Below are positions 1 through 8,971 of a stretch of DNA of 64,000 bases, piece after piece. Position numbers and translations under genes: made by a program. The number at the start of each line of letters is the position of its first letter. Position 1 is the first letter of the stretch. The notes beneath the pieces were generated by a model. It did no database searches. It was not told the DNA's origin and saw only the letters and a program-made list of their open reading frames with translations. Source of the DNA: Dehalococcoidia bacterium (GTDB lineage Bacteria; Chloroflexota; Dehalococcoidia; Bin125); contig CAXXRD010000003.1 in the NCBI GenBank assembly GCA_963663895.2, positions 236,206 through 300,205 on the forward strand. The letters are read 5' to 3'.

Positions 1-419
1 AGAAGTTCGACGGCGCGCCGATCCCGATCGTGATCCAGGACGGACGCATCGGGAACGGCCTCGCAAACGGGGGCGATACCGTGACGATCCAGGACCCGGC
101 AGGGCGGACGGTCGACAGTGTCGACTACGGGTCGTCCCGACTGCCCCCGCCGGAAGAGGGCCGATCGATCGCGCGAACCGACGACGGTTGGGTGATCAAT
201 GCGGCACCGTCACCCGGATGGGCCGCCGTCGAGCCTCCGTTGGCCAGCCCACCAATCGAGCGGGGTTCCGACGGCGATGGGGCCCCGGACAGCTTCCCGG
301 AAGACGCGGGCCGGGGCGTGCCGGCTTGGGTCTTGATAGCGATCGCGCTGGGTGTGCCACTTGCCGCCACCGCGGGACACGCGGCCTGGCACCGGCGCGG
401 GGCGTGGACGCGTGGCTGA
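1..419 (+). CDS. C-terminal part of a lamin-tail-domain (LTD)-like surface protein with C-terminal membrane anchor (5' truncated by window)
   Basis: GNGLANGGDTVTIQDPAGRTVDSVDYG...GRSIAR...PSPG resembles the LTD consensus; Pro-rich linker, then hydrophobic WVLIAIALGVPLAA followed by basic residues. Confidence 0.6.
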   Translation, partial: KFDGAPIPIVIQDGRIGNGLANGGDTVTIQDPAGRTVDSVDYGSSRLPPPEEGRSIARTDDGWVINAAPSPGWAAVEPPLASPPIERGSDGDGAPDSFPEDAGRGVPAWVLIAIALGVPLAATAGHAAWHRRGAWTRG

Positions 420-1227
420 CCGCGCAGCAGCGACGAGCGAACCTCACGGAGCCATCACCGAGCGTGCACGACTCCAGGTCGTCTTAGCGCGCGCGGGAAT
501 CGCATCCCGCCGCGCCACCGCCAAGCTGGTCGCAGCAGGACGCGTTCGCGTCAACGGCGAAGTCGTGCGCGATGCGAGCCGACGAGTCGATCCCTCCCGA
601 GACACGATCCTGCTGGATGGAAATCCCGCAGGGACTTCGGAACCTCTGCGCTACTACGCGCTCCACAAGCCTCGCGGGGTGTTATCGAGTGCAGGAGACA
701 AGCGAGGACGGCGCACGGTCATCGATCTATTACCCAAGAACTCGGGTCGCTGCGTACCGGTAGGACGGTTGGACTACGACAGCGAAGGGCTCCTACTGCT
801 CACCAACGACGGACCACTCGTCACAAGCTTGCTTCACCCAAGCGGAGAAGTGCCGCGCGAGTACCTGGTCGAGGTCGAGGGACACGTTTCCGACGCCACG
901 CTCGACGCGATCTTTACCGGGGTCACCTTGCCGGACGGCAGCACGGCCTCCGCGAAACCGAAACGCTCGCACCGATCAGGCCGAGAGTCTTCCTGGCTCG
1001 TACTGACGCTCCGGCGCGGGCGCAAGCATGAGGTGCGTCAGATCTGCGCAGCAGTGGGGCATCCCGTACGACGTCTGATCCGGGTACGGTTCGGTCCGAT
1101 CCGCCTGCGCGACTTGGAGCCAGGCGCGGTGCGGCCGCTGACGGATCGGGAGGTCCGCCTGATCCGACAGCGGAGCAAGAAGCAAGCGGCGAAACAGCTG
1201 AGCCCGGCAAGCACTCGCCCCGGCTAA
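412..1227 (+). CDS. rluB: rRNA pseudouridine synthase (RluB/RsuA family)
   Basis: S4 domain RLQVVLARAGIASRR, HKPRG, catalytic GRLDYDSEGLLLLTNDG, GRKHEVR; likely GTG start at 412 overlapping the upstream gene end. Confidence 0.9.
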   Translation: MADRAAATSEPHGAITERARLQVVLARAGIASRRATAKLVAAGRVRVNGEVVRDASRRVDPSRDTILLDGNPAGTSEPLRYYALHKPRGVLSSAGDKRGRRTVIDLLPKNSGRCVPVGRLDYDSEGLLLLTNDGPLVTSLLHPSGEVPREYLVEVEGHVSDATLDAIFTGVTLPDGSTASAKPKRSHRSGRESSWLVLTLRRGRKHEVRQICAAVGHPVRRLIRVRFGPIRLRDLEPGAVRPLTDREVRLIRQRSKKQAAKQLSPASTRPG

Positions 1228-1253
1228 TCGGCTGCTCGTAGCAACCCCAACCG

Positions 1254-1259
1254 TATAAT
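1254..1259 (+). promoter_or_regulatory. Consensus -10 box TATAAT directly upstream of cmk (possible leaderless transcript)
   Basis: Perfect TATAAT 5-8 nt before GTG1265/ATG1268, no Shine-Dalgarno. Confidence 0.55.
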
Positions 1260-1264
1260 CGATT

Positions 1265-1978
1265 GTGATGTCGAACGCGGCCCCCCTGAGTGTGATCGCG
1301 ATTGACGGGCCAGTGGCGTCGGGAAAAACCGTGCTGGGGCGACGACTGGCCGAACGGCTCGGCTGGCGCGCCCTCGACACCGGAGTAATGTACCGCGCTC
1401 TGACCTGGCTGGCGCTCGAGCGTGGCGTCGACCTGCAAGATGAAACGGCCCTGACGCGCTTGGCAGAAGAGACAAAGCTCGAGGTGGGGCCGCCACCGCC
1501 CGCAAGCAGCGAGAGCGCGACGATCATCGTCGATGGACTGGATGCCACTCCTCACCTGCGTTCCTCCCACGTTGAGGCGAGTGTGTCGATAGTCGCAGCG
1601 GTGCCCGGCGTGCGACGGCGGATGGTGCAGCTACAGCGGGAAGAGGCACAGCAGGGCCGGATCGTAATGATGGGCCGAGACATCGGGACGGTGGTCGTCG
1701 AGGAGGCCGCCGTGAAGATCTACTTAGAGGCGTCGCCAGAGGTGCGGGCGCAGCGACGGGCAGCGGAGCGGCGCGCCGGCGGCGCGACAGTCGAGGAGGC
1801 CTCCGTGCTCGAGGAATTGGACAACCGCGATCGGCGAGACAAGAAACGAGATGATTCGCCTCTGCGTCCGTCGAAAGGCGCCCAACGCCTTAACACGGAT
1901 GACATGAGCATCGAAGAGACTGTAAAAGCAGCGCTGCGCATTGCAGAGAGCAGGCTGCCGAAGGAGCTCTTGCTGTGA
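1265..1978 (+). CDS. cmk: Cytidylate kinase
   Basis: IAIDGPVASGKT P-loop, LDTGVMYRALT, GRDIGTVV, KIYLEASPEVRAQRR, SPL. Confidence 0.95.
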   Translation: MMSNAAPLSVIAIDGPVASGKTVLGRRLAERLGWRALDTGVMYRALTWLALERGVDLQDETALTRLAEETKLEVGPPPPASSESATIIVDGLDATPHLRSSHVEASVSIVAAVPGVRRRMVQLQREEAQQGRIVMMGRDIGTVVVEEAAVKIYLEASPEVRAQRRAAERRAGGATVEEASVLEELDNRDRRDKKRDDSPLRPSKGAQRLNTDDMSIEETVKAALRIAESRLPKELLL

Positions 1979-2781
1979 GTCCCTGGCTCAAGCTGCGGCG
2001 GGAATTCTTACGGGCGACGATCGGCGAATCGAAATTGTTGCTGCGAGTCGAGATGCCCGCCATGCCGAATCCCTGGTGGCCCTGGTATTACGGATGCGTG
2101 CTGGCCTGTCGCTGGTACTTCCGGCTAGGGGCGCGGCTCGAGGTAATCGGGATGGAACATCTGCCCAAAGGCGGAGGCTGGATGTTCGCATCCAATCACC
2201 TCTCGTCGGCAGACCCGTCGCTCCTCACCAGCATCCTGCTCCCCCGCTGGGTACGCTATATGGGCAAGATCGAGCTGTTTCGGAAGCCCGTACTGGGATT
2301 TCTCTTCGCGCTCTCGGGAACGTTCCCCGTTCGCCGCTTCGATCGTGACCTCGGAGCGCTCCGGGAGGCGGAGGCGCTACTCGCAGCGGGGGAGATCGTG
2401 GGGATGTTCCCGGAGGGGCATCGCTCCGAGACGGGCGCATTAATCGAGGCGCACCCCGGCACAGCGCTAATCGCGCTGCGCTCGAACGCGCCGGTGGTAC
2501 CAGTCGCCATCACAGGTAGCGAAGCCTTCCGCAAGGGTCCGTTGAGCAGCTTGCGCCAGCCGAAGGTGCGGGTGATCTTCGGCAAGCCCTTTCAATTCCA
2601 TCACAGGGGAAGAGCGCGTCGCGCAGATGTCGAAGCGGCTTCGGAGCGCATCATGCGAGAAATTGCCGCGCGTCTACCAGCCCACTATCGTGGAGTCTAC
2701 TTGGAGCGCTTCCGCGACCTGCCGAGCAAGGCCAGCATCGATGGCCCAAGGGAGGCCGTCGCCACAGAATCGAGGGCGTAA
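1975..2781 (+). CDS. plsC: 1-acyl-sn-glycerol-3-phosphate acyltransferase (start may be a later ATG)
   Basis: NHLSSAD (HX4D), FPEGHRS, PVVPVAI motifs; follows cmk. Confidence 0.9.
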   Translation: MSPWLKLRREFLRATIGESKLLLRVEMPAMPNPWWPWYYGCVLACRWYFRLGARLEVIGMEHLPKGGGWMFASNHLSSADPSLLTSILLPRWVRYMGKIELFRKPVLGFLFALSGTFPVRRFDRDLGALREAEALLAAGEIVGMFPEGHRSETGALIEAHPGTALIALRSNAPVVPVAITGSEAFRKGPLSSLRQPKVRVIFGKPFQFHHRGRARRADVEAASERIMREIAARLPAHYRGVYLERFRDLPSKASIDGPREAVATESRA

Positions 2782-3644
2782 TGAGAATCGTTCGCTCGCG
2801 CGACATGGGGTTCTGTTTCGGCGTGCGCCGCGCCGTGGACATGATGAAGGAAGCGGCGACGGAAGGCCGTGAGGTGACAACGCTGGGAATGGTGGTCCAC
2901 AACCCCCAAGTGGTTCAGCAGCTGGAGAAGGTAGGGATCTACAACAACGAGCACAGGACGACAGAGGGCGTGGCCACCAACACGGTCGCCATCACCGCGC
3001 ACGGTGTAGGTGAAGATATGATCGACGAGATCAAGCGCGAAGGCCATCAGGTGATCGATACGACGTGCCAATTCGTCGTGCGGTCACAGCGCGCGGCCAA
3101 GCACCTCGCTGAAGCGGGCTTCACGATCATCATCTTCGGCGACCCCGAGCACCCCGAGGTCAAAGGCGTCATGGGATGGACCAAAGGGCGGGGGATCGTA
3201 GTGCCCTCGGAGGATTTGGAAGGCCTGCCTCCGGTACTGCCCAGTAAGGTCGGCGTGATCTCCCAGACAACCCACACGCCGGAGCGCTTTGCCCGCTTCG
3301 TCGGCAACCTCATGACCGCACGCATCGATCAGATCACCGACCTGCGCGTGGTCAACGTGCTGTGCAACGCGACCACCTCACAGCAAGCGGCGACGCGCGA
3401 CCTTGCGAGCGAAGTGGATCTGATGATCGTAGTCGGCGGTCACAACAGCGCGAATACTCGGCACCTGGCCGAGCTAAGTCGCGCGAACGGCGTTACCACC
3501 TACCACGTGGAAACCGCGGCGGAGCTGGAAGACGAATGGTTCGATGGCTTCGAAACCATCGGCGTGACGGCCGGTGCGTCGACGCCGGACTTCTCGATCG
3601 ACGAAGTCGTCAGGCGGATCGAGGCGATCGGCCACATCAACTGA
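2781..3644 (+). CDS. ispH: 4-hydroxy-3-methylbut-2-enyl diphosphate reductase (MEP pathway)
   Basis: GFCFGVRRA, VHNPQV, AHGV, DTTC, HPEV, SQTT, CNAT, SANT, GVTAGASTP; three Fe-S cysteines present. Confidence 0.97.
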   Translation: MRIVRSRDMGFCFGVRRAVDMMKEAATEGREVTTLGMVVHNPQVVQQLEKVGIYNNEHRTTEGVATNTVAITAHGVGEDMIDEIKREGHQVIDTTCQFVVRSQRAAKHLAEAGFTIIIFGDPEHPEVKGVMGWTKGRGIVVPSEDLEGLPPVLPSKVGVISQTTHTPERFARFVGNLMTARIDQITDLRVVNVLCNATTSQQAATRDLASEVDLMIVVGGHNSANTRHLAELSRANGVTTYHVETAAELEDEWFDGFETIGVTAGASTPDFSIDEVVRRIEAIGHIN

Positions 3645-3661
3645 GGTCCGATCGGCTGCCC

Positions 3662-5062
3662 ATGGCCGACTCCCCCCCACAGCGCGGGCGCATCGCCGCA
3701 GTCACGCCGGGCAGCCTCGCCGAGGAGGCGGGCTTGCGCCCCGGCGATCGCGTCGTGGCGGTGAACCAGACCACGCTGCGGGACCAGATCGACTATCGCT
3801 TCGAGACTGCCGAGTCCGTCGTCGAGCTGACGGTGGAAGGAGAGCACGGGCGGGGATACGTCGAGTTCACGAAAGCGCCTGACGAACCGCTGGGGATCGA
3901 ATTCGCCGACGACGCCTTCGACTCCACCCGGATCTGCAACAACAAGTGCTTCTTCTGCTTCCTCAAAGGCCTACCCAAAGGATTGCGCCGGACGCTCTAC
4001 ATCAAGGATGACGATTACCGGCTCTCTTTATTGCACGGAAACTTCGTCACGCTCACCAACCTGACAGACGATGACTGGGAGCGGATCGCCGAGCAGCGCC
4101 TGAGCCCGCTCAACGTCTCGGTCCACGCAACGGAGCTGGCGTTACGACGTGAACTGCTGGGGAACCCGCAGGCGCCAGACATCGTGGCGCAACTGCGGCG
4201 GCTGGACCAACTCGGGATCCAGGCGCATACGCAAGTCGTGCTCTGCCCCGGCGTGAACGACGGAGCGGCGCTCGACCGCACCATCGGTGATCTCCTGAAC
4301 TTACCGAACGTACAGACGATCGCGGTAGTCCCGGTCGGATCCAGTCTGGAGGCCGACGCGCGCATGCGTCATCCCGGGATGCGGGTGCACACCGTCAAAG
4401 AGACGCGCGTCCTCCTGCGGCAGGTGCGCCGCTGGCAGCGCGTGGCACAGGTACAGCGCGGCGCCGTGACGGTCTTCCCTGCGGACGAGTTCTACCTACA
4501 GGGACGCGCCCGGATTCCCGGAGCGGCAACTTACGGAGATTTCCCCCAATGGGAGAACGGAATCGGGATGGTGCGCACGCTCCTCGATGACTGGGCCACG
4601 ACCCGACAGCGCTTGCAACGGAGAAAAAAGCGCGGCCCGCCCACCTTGGAGCACGTGACGGTCGCGTGCGGCACCCTAATCGCCCCGACGCTGCAGACGG
4701 TAATGACGGAGGCAGGGTCGCTGGTCGGTGCACGAATCGACGTGGTGCCGATCCGAAACTCCCTATTCGGGCCGCGTATCAATGTCTCGGGACTGCTGCC
4801 CGGCAGCGCAATCATCAAGCAGCTGCGGGCCCATGCGCTGGGCGAGCACATTTTCCTGCCACGGGCGAGCTTGGATTATTTCGGCCAGCGCTTCTTGGAT
4901 GATGAGACGCCGGCCCAGCTCAGCGCGGCGCTGGAGCGACCCATCGCCTTTGCCTATACCGCAAGCGAGATCGTAGAGTGGGTCACTGCTGCGGCCGATC
5001 ATCGTCCGCCCGCAACCCGGGCAGTGCGGTCGAACGGGCGCGCTTGGGCGATCGCGGGGTAG
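3662..5062 (+). CDS. PDZ + radical SAM + DUF512 protein
   Basis: N-terminal PDZ-like GSLAEEAGLRPGD; CNNKCFFC (CX3CX2C); LYIKDDDYRLS, GNFVTLTN, QVVLCPGVNDG, ADEFY, QWENGIG; ATG at 3662. Confidence 0.9.
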   Translation: MADSPPQRGRIAAVTPGSLAEEAGLRPGDRVVAVNQTTLRDQIDYRFETAESVVELTVEGEHGRGYVEFTKAPDEPLGIEFADDAFDSTRICNNKCFFCFLKGLPKGLRRTLYIKDDDYRLSLLHGNFVTLTNLTDDDWERIAEQRLSPLNVSVHATELALRRELLGNPQAPDIVAQLRRLDQLGIQAHTQVVLCPGVNDGAALDRTIGDLLNLPNVQTIAVVPVGSSLEADARMRHPGMRVHTVKETRVLLRQVRRWQRVAQVQRGAVTVFPADEFYLQGRARIPGAATYGDFPQWENGIGMVRTLLDDWATTRQRLQRRKKRGPPTLEHVTVACGTLIAPTLQTVMTEAGSLVGARIDVVPIRNSLFGPRINVSGLLPGSAIIKQLRAHALGEHIFLPRASLDYFGQRFLDDETPAQLSAALERPIAFAYTASEIVEWVTAAADHRPPATRAVRSNGRAWAIAG

Positions 5063-5077
5063 GGAGCAGCGCCCTTC

Positions 5078-6925
5078 GTGTGCGGAATCATCGGATACGT
5101 GGGCTTGCAAGCCGCGGGCCCCATCCTTCTTGAGGGTCTGCACCGCCTGGAGTACCGCGGCTACGACAGTAGCGGCATCGCCGTACTCAACCACGCCGGC
5201 GTACTCGCCGTACACAAGCGCGCCGGTAAGCTGGCCGACCTCACCGCCTCCATTGAAGAGCCACCGGACGGCTGCATCGGACTGGGCCACACCCGCTGGG
5301 CGACCCACGGAGCAGCGACCGACCGCAACGCACATCCGCACACATCAAGCGCCGGCGATGTCGTCGTAGTGCACAACGGGATCGTGGAGAACTTCCGGGA
5401 ATTGCGATCGCGCCTGCAAATATCCGGGATCGAGACCGTCACGCAGACCGACACGGAAGTGATCCCGCAACTCATCAGCCTCTACCAACAAGAGGGGTGT
5501 GACTTTCTCACCGCCCTGCGCCGCACGATGGCCGTCCTGCGCGGCGGCAACGCCGTCGTGGCGCTCACGCAAGACCGACCCGACCATCTGTATGTGGCGC
5601 GCAACGGCCATGCAGGGGGCGTCGTCCTCGGCTTCGGCGAGGGCGAAATGTTCGTCGCCAGCGACCTGCCCGCTCTGCTCCCCCATACGGCACGGATTCG
5701 CCACCTCGCCGACGGTGAGATCGCGGCCGTCACCGCAGAAGGAGCCCGGATCTGGGACCGATCCGGCGCCACCGTGCCGATCGAGCCGCTACAGGTCGAC
5801 CTCGATCCCGTGGCCGCGATGAAGGGGCAGTACCGGCACTTCATGCTCAAAGAGATCATGGAACAGCCACGCACCCTCTCCGACACGATCCGCGGCCGGG
5901 CACGCATCGACCCGCCCTCCGTGGAGCTAGCCGACCTCCCCATGGACGACGAAGCGTTGCGAGCGCTACGCCGGGTGCTAATCGTGGGGATGGGGAGTTC
6001 GCTGCATGCCGCGATGATCGGCCGCACCTACATGGAGCGGCTGGCCGGCATTCCCGCCGATTTCGACAACGCCTCCGAGTTCCGATCGCGGGAGCCGCTG
6101 CTAGGACCGGAGACGTTGGTCGTCTCGATCAGTCAGTCGGGGGAGACCGTCGATACCCTCGCCGCGATGCAGCAGGTCGCCGAGATCTGGAAGGCGCCGC
6201 AAGTCACGGTCTGTAACGTCGAAGGAGCCCAGTCGACCCGGATCACTGATGGGGCAGCGATCTACCTGCGTTGCGGGCCCGAGATCGGGGTGGCGTCCAC
6301 GAAGTGCTTCACCGCCTCGCTGGCGGCGCTCTATCTGCTGGCCTGCCGCATCGGCATCGCACGCGGCCACTTGGACGGACCAACCGCCGAGCATGCGATC
6401 GAGTGTCTGTTGGCCGCCCCCAGCATCGTCGACCGGATGTTGGACCAGCGCGAAGCGTACGAAGCGCTCGCCGCGCGCTTCACGGAGGCGGAGCACATGC
6501 TCTACATCGCTCGGGGAATCCAGTACCCCATCGCAATGGAGGGAGCACTCAAGTGCAAGGAAATCTCCTACATCCACGCTGAAGGCTACCCGGGGGGAGA
6601 ACTCAAACACGGACCGATCGCGCTGATCGACCGCCGGGTGCCAGTAGTGGCGATCGCGCTGCGAGACGCCCTCTACGAGAAGCTCGTGAGCAATATCCAG
6701 CAGGTGCAGGCGCGGGGCGGGACCGTTTTCGCCATCGGGAGTGCAGGCGACGAGCAGTTAGCCGCAGGCGCTGATTTTTTCGTTCCAGTGCCCGAGAGCG
6801 ATCCCCTCGTGGCGCCCCTCGCCACGGCGATCTCCGCACAGCTCATTGCCTACTACCTCGCACTCGCCCGAGGCGCCGACATCGACCAGCCGCGCCATCT
6901 GGCCAAGACGGTCACCGTCGAGTGA
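5078..6925 (+). CDS. glmS: Glutamine-fructose-6-phosphate transaminase
   Basis: MCGIIG N-terminal nucleophile, LEYRGYDS, GHTRWATHG, SQSGET, GELKHGP, C-terminal PRHLAKTVTVE. Confidence 0.98.
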   Translation: MCGIIGYVGLQAAGPILLEGLHRLEYRGYDSSGIAVLNHAGVLAVHKRAGKLADLTASIEEPPDGCIGLGHTRWATHGAATDRNAHPHTSSAGDVVVVHNGIVENFRELRSRLQISGIETVTQTDTEVIPQLISLYQQEGCDFLTALRRTMAVLRGGNAVVALTQDRPDHLYVARNGHAGGVVLGFGEGEMFVASDLPALLPHTARIRHLADGEIAAVTAEGARIWDRSGATVPIEPLQVDLDPVAAMKGQYRHFMLKEIMEQPRTLSDTIRGRARIDPPSVELADLPMDDEALRALRRVLIVGMGSSLHAAMIGRTYMERLAGIPADFDNASEFRSREPLLGPETLVVSISQSGETVDTLAAMQQVAEIWKAPQVTVCNVEGAQSTRITDGAAIYLRCGPEIGVASTKCFTASLAALYLLACRIGIARGHLDGPTAEHAIECLLAAPSIVDRMLDQREAYEALAARFTEAEHMLYIARGIQYPIAMEGALKCKEISYIHAEGYPGGELKHGPIALIDRRVPVVAIALRDALYEKLVSNIQQVQARGGTVFAIGSAGDEQLAAGADFFVPVPESDPLVAPLATAISAQLIAYYLALARGADIDQPRHLAKTVTVE

Positions 6926-7155
6926 GTAGCGACGCATGCGCCGTCGCGGTCGATCGACCCCACAACCCCCCTATCCGTCCCTCGGCGGCCAAGCCTTGGG
7001 CAGTACCGTGCCGCCAGATATGCTTGGCCGAATTCGTCGTCCTGCACGCGGCGCCCTGTTCCTCGGGAACTCCGGAACCGGCGGCGACGCTTGATAGCTG
7101 AGTCGGCCGACCCAGCCCAAGCGGCTCGGCAGCGCAGCAGCGTGAGTAATATATT

Positions 7156-8880
7156 ATGACAAGTCGTAGCGGTTCTCTCCTCGTCGCCGTGCTGCTGGCG
7201 GCGATCGTGGTCGTGGCCAGCCTCATTATCTGGCGGCTGATCAACGACGGGGGGAATGCCGGCAGCTCCCTGATCTCCATCTCGCTGCGAGACGGCGATC
7301 TCGTCGGACTCGGTCTCAGCACCGAAATCAGCGTGATCGCGCGAGACGAGAACGCGGTCACCCAAGTCTCGTTGCTTGTTGAAGGAGCGCTCGTAACCCA
7401 AGCCATCCCCGTCCAAGACGAAGAGAGCGGCGACTACCGAGCGGCGTTGATCTGGGAGCCTGAACAAATCGGGGACGCTTCCATCCTCGTTCGGGCGCTG
7501 ACGAGTACCGGCGAGCTGATCGAGCAAGCGATCACCGTAGCGGTTGTCGACCCGGCGGAACTGCCAGCAGACGATCCTGCGGAAGCGCCCGTAGCCTCCG
7601 CCGACACATTCACCAGCAGCCCCGCTGTGACGATCTTGAGCCCCCAGCCAGGCGACCAGGTACCACTGGACACCAGCCTGATCGTGCTCGTGCGCGGACC
7701 AACTGATGTCGCGATGCGCAGTTTTATCCTTGAGGTCAACGGGACGATCATCGCCGAGGAAGCCGCGATCCCGAGGGAAGGCGGCGATTACCAGGCCGCG
7801 CTGACTTGGCAGCCGAGCCAAGAAGGCCCGACGACTCTCCGAGTTAGAGGCACCACAGAGCAGAGTGCGACGGTGGCGCCCGCGGAGGTCATCGTGCAGG
7901 TCGTGAGCGGAGCAGTCACAAGCGCCGAGGACGAACCCTCCGGCGAAGCAGGCAGGCTGACCATCCTGGCACCGAATAACAACGACGATATCGAGTTCGC
8001 GGAGAACGTCCGCATCCCTATCAGCGTGCTCGCAGAAGACGTGGGGCGACTCACCTCGTTGGATCTCTTCGTGAATACCGTGTCGCTCTCCTCGCTCACA
8101 CCGGCGGCACTCTCCGCGGGACTCTACCGGGTCGAGATCTCCTTCGAGCCACCGGAGCCCGGTCTCTACGTGCTCGAAGTCGTCGCGTTCGCCGAGGACG
8201 ACGGCCGCTTCTCGGACCAGATCGTGATTACCGTAGGTGGAGAGACGACGCCACCAGATGAGGAAGGGCCGCCGGACCTGACGCCGACAGAGATCGGCGT
8301 CGGCGAGGGAAACGCCATCGAGGTCACGCTCTCTAACGCCGGCGACACGCCACTAGAGTCGCAGCCCGTCGTCGTGAGCGTACAGCGCAGCTCGGACAAC
8401 ATCTTGATCGACGAAACCACTTTGGATGTCACGCTCCCGGCCAGCGGCTCACAAGTCTTCATCTTGCCGATCCGTCTCACCGAAGCGCTGCAGATCACGC
8501 TCACGGTCGACACACTGAACGCGATCGAGGAGTCGGACGAGCTCAACAACACGATCACGGCCCTTTTCCAACCGGCGATGCAGGCGGATCTGGTAGCCCA
8601 AGACTTGGCGATCAGCGAGAGCGGGCAGGCAATTATCCGCATCGCGAACGTCGGCGACTCCGACCACGTGGGAACGATCACCGTCCTCCTGCTTTTGAAC
8701 GGAGAGACAATCGAGCAACTCGGTTTCAGCGGCCTCCTCGCCTCGCAGGGCTCGCTGACGCTGACGGGGAACATCGTGGTAAGCGGGACAGGGCAACTCT
8801 CGGCGGTGATCGACCCGGAGGACCTCATCGCCGAGGCCAGCGAGGGCAACAACGCCATAACGATCGAGGTGGGCAGCTAG
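7156..8880 (+). CDS. Membrane-anchored acidic surface protein with ~3 Ig-like domains and 2 CARDB domains
   Basis: N-terminal TM helix; repeated VTILSP/LTILAP...LxVNG...W.P beta modules; CARDB motifs PDL...NAG...VDTLNAIEESDELNN and ADL...NVG...IDPEDLIAEASEGNN. Confidence 0.75.
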   Translation: MTSRSGSLLVAVLLAAIVVVASLIIWRLINDGGNAGSSLISISLRDGDLVGLGLSTEISVIARDENAVTQVSLLVEGALVTQAIPVQDEESGDYRAALIWEPEQIGDASILVRALTSTGELIEQAITVAVVDPAELPADDPAEAPVASADTFTSSPAVTILSPQPGDQVPLDTSLIVLVRGPTDVAMRSFILEVNGTIIAEEAAIPREGGDYQAALTWQPSQEGPTTLRVRGTTEQSATVAPAEVIVQVVSGAVTSAEDEPSGEAGRLTILAPNNNDDIEFAENVRIPISVLAEDVGRLTSLDLFVNTVSLSSLTPAALSAGLYRVEISFEPPEPGLYVLEVVAFAEDDGRFSDQIVITVGGETTPPDEEGPPDLTPTEIGVGEGNAIEVTLSNAGDTPLESQPVVVSVQRSSDNILIDETTLDVTLPASGSQVFILPIRLTEALQITLTVDTLNAIEESDELNNTITALFQPAMQADLVAQDLAISESGQAIIRIANVGDSDHVGTITVLLLLNGETIEQLGFSGLLASQGSLTLTGNIVVSGTGQLSAVIDPEDLIAEASEGNNAITIEVGS

Positions 8881-8904
8881 CTTTCCGGCCAGGCGTTGAT
8901 TACC

Positions 8905-8937
8905 TGTCAAATCGGCGATTTGACATCGTGGTAGGAT
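8905..8937 (+). promoter_or_regulatory. Perfect dyad TGTCAAATCG-G-CGATTTGACA next to extended -10 (TGgTAGGAT) upstream of dnaG-rpoD
   Basis: 10-bp inverted repeat 8905-8925; TG-N-TAGGAT at 8929-8937. Confidence 0.5.
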
Positions 8938-8971
8938 AAATCTGGCTGCGGTAGCCGCTGGATGCCTTTTC

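Noticed and set aside
5063-5077. glmS ribozyme
   Set aside because: Only 15 nt separate glmS from the upstream gene and no ribozyme motif was seen
6926-7155. Possible ncRNA after glmS (CGGCCAAGC...GCTTGGCCG stem)
   Set aside because: No match I can recognise to 6S, SRP, RNase P, tmRNA or known riboswitches; one stem is insufficient
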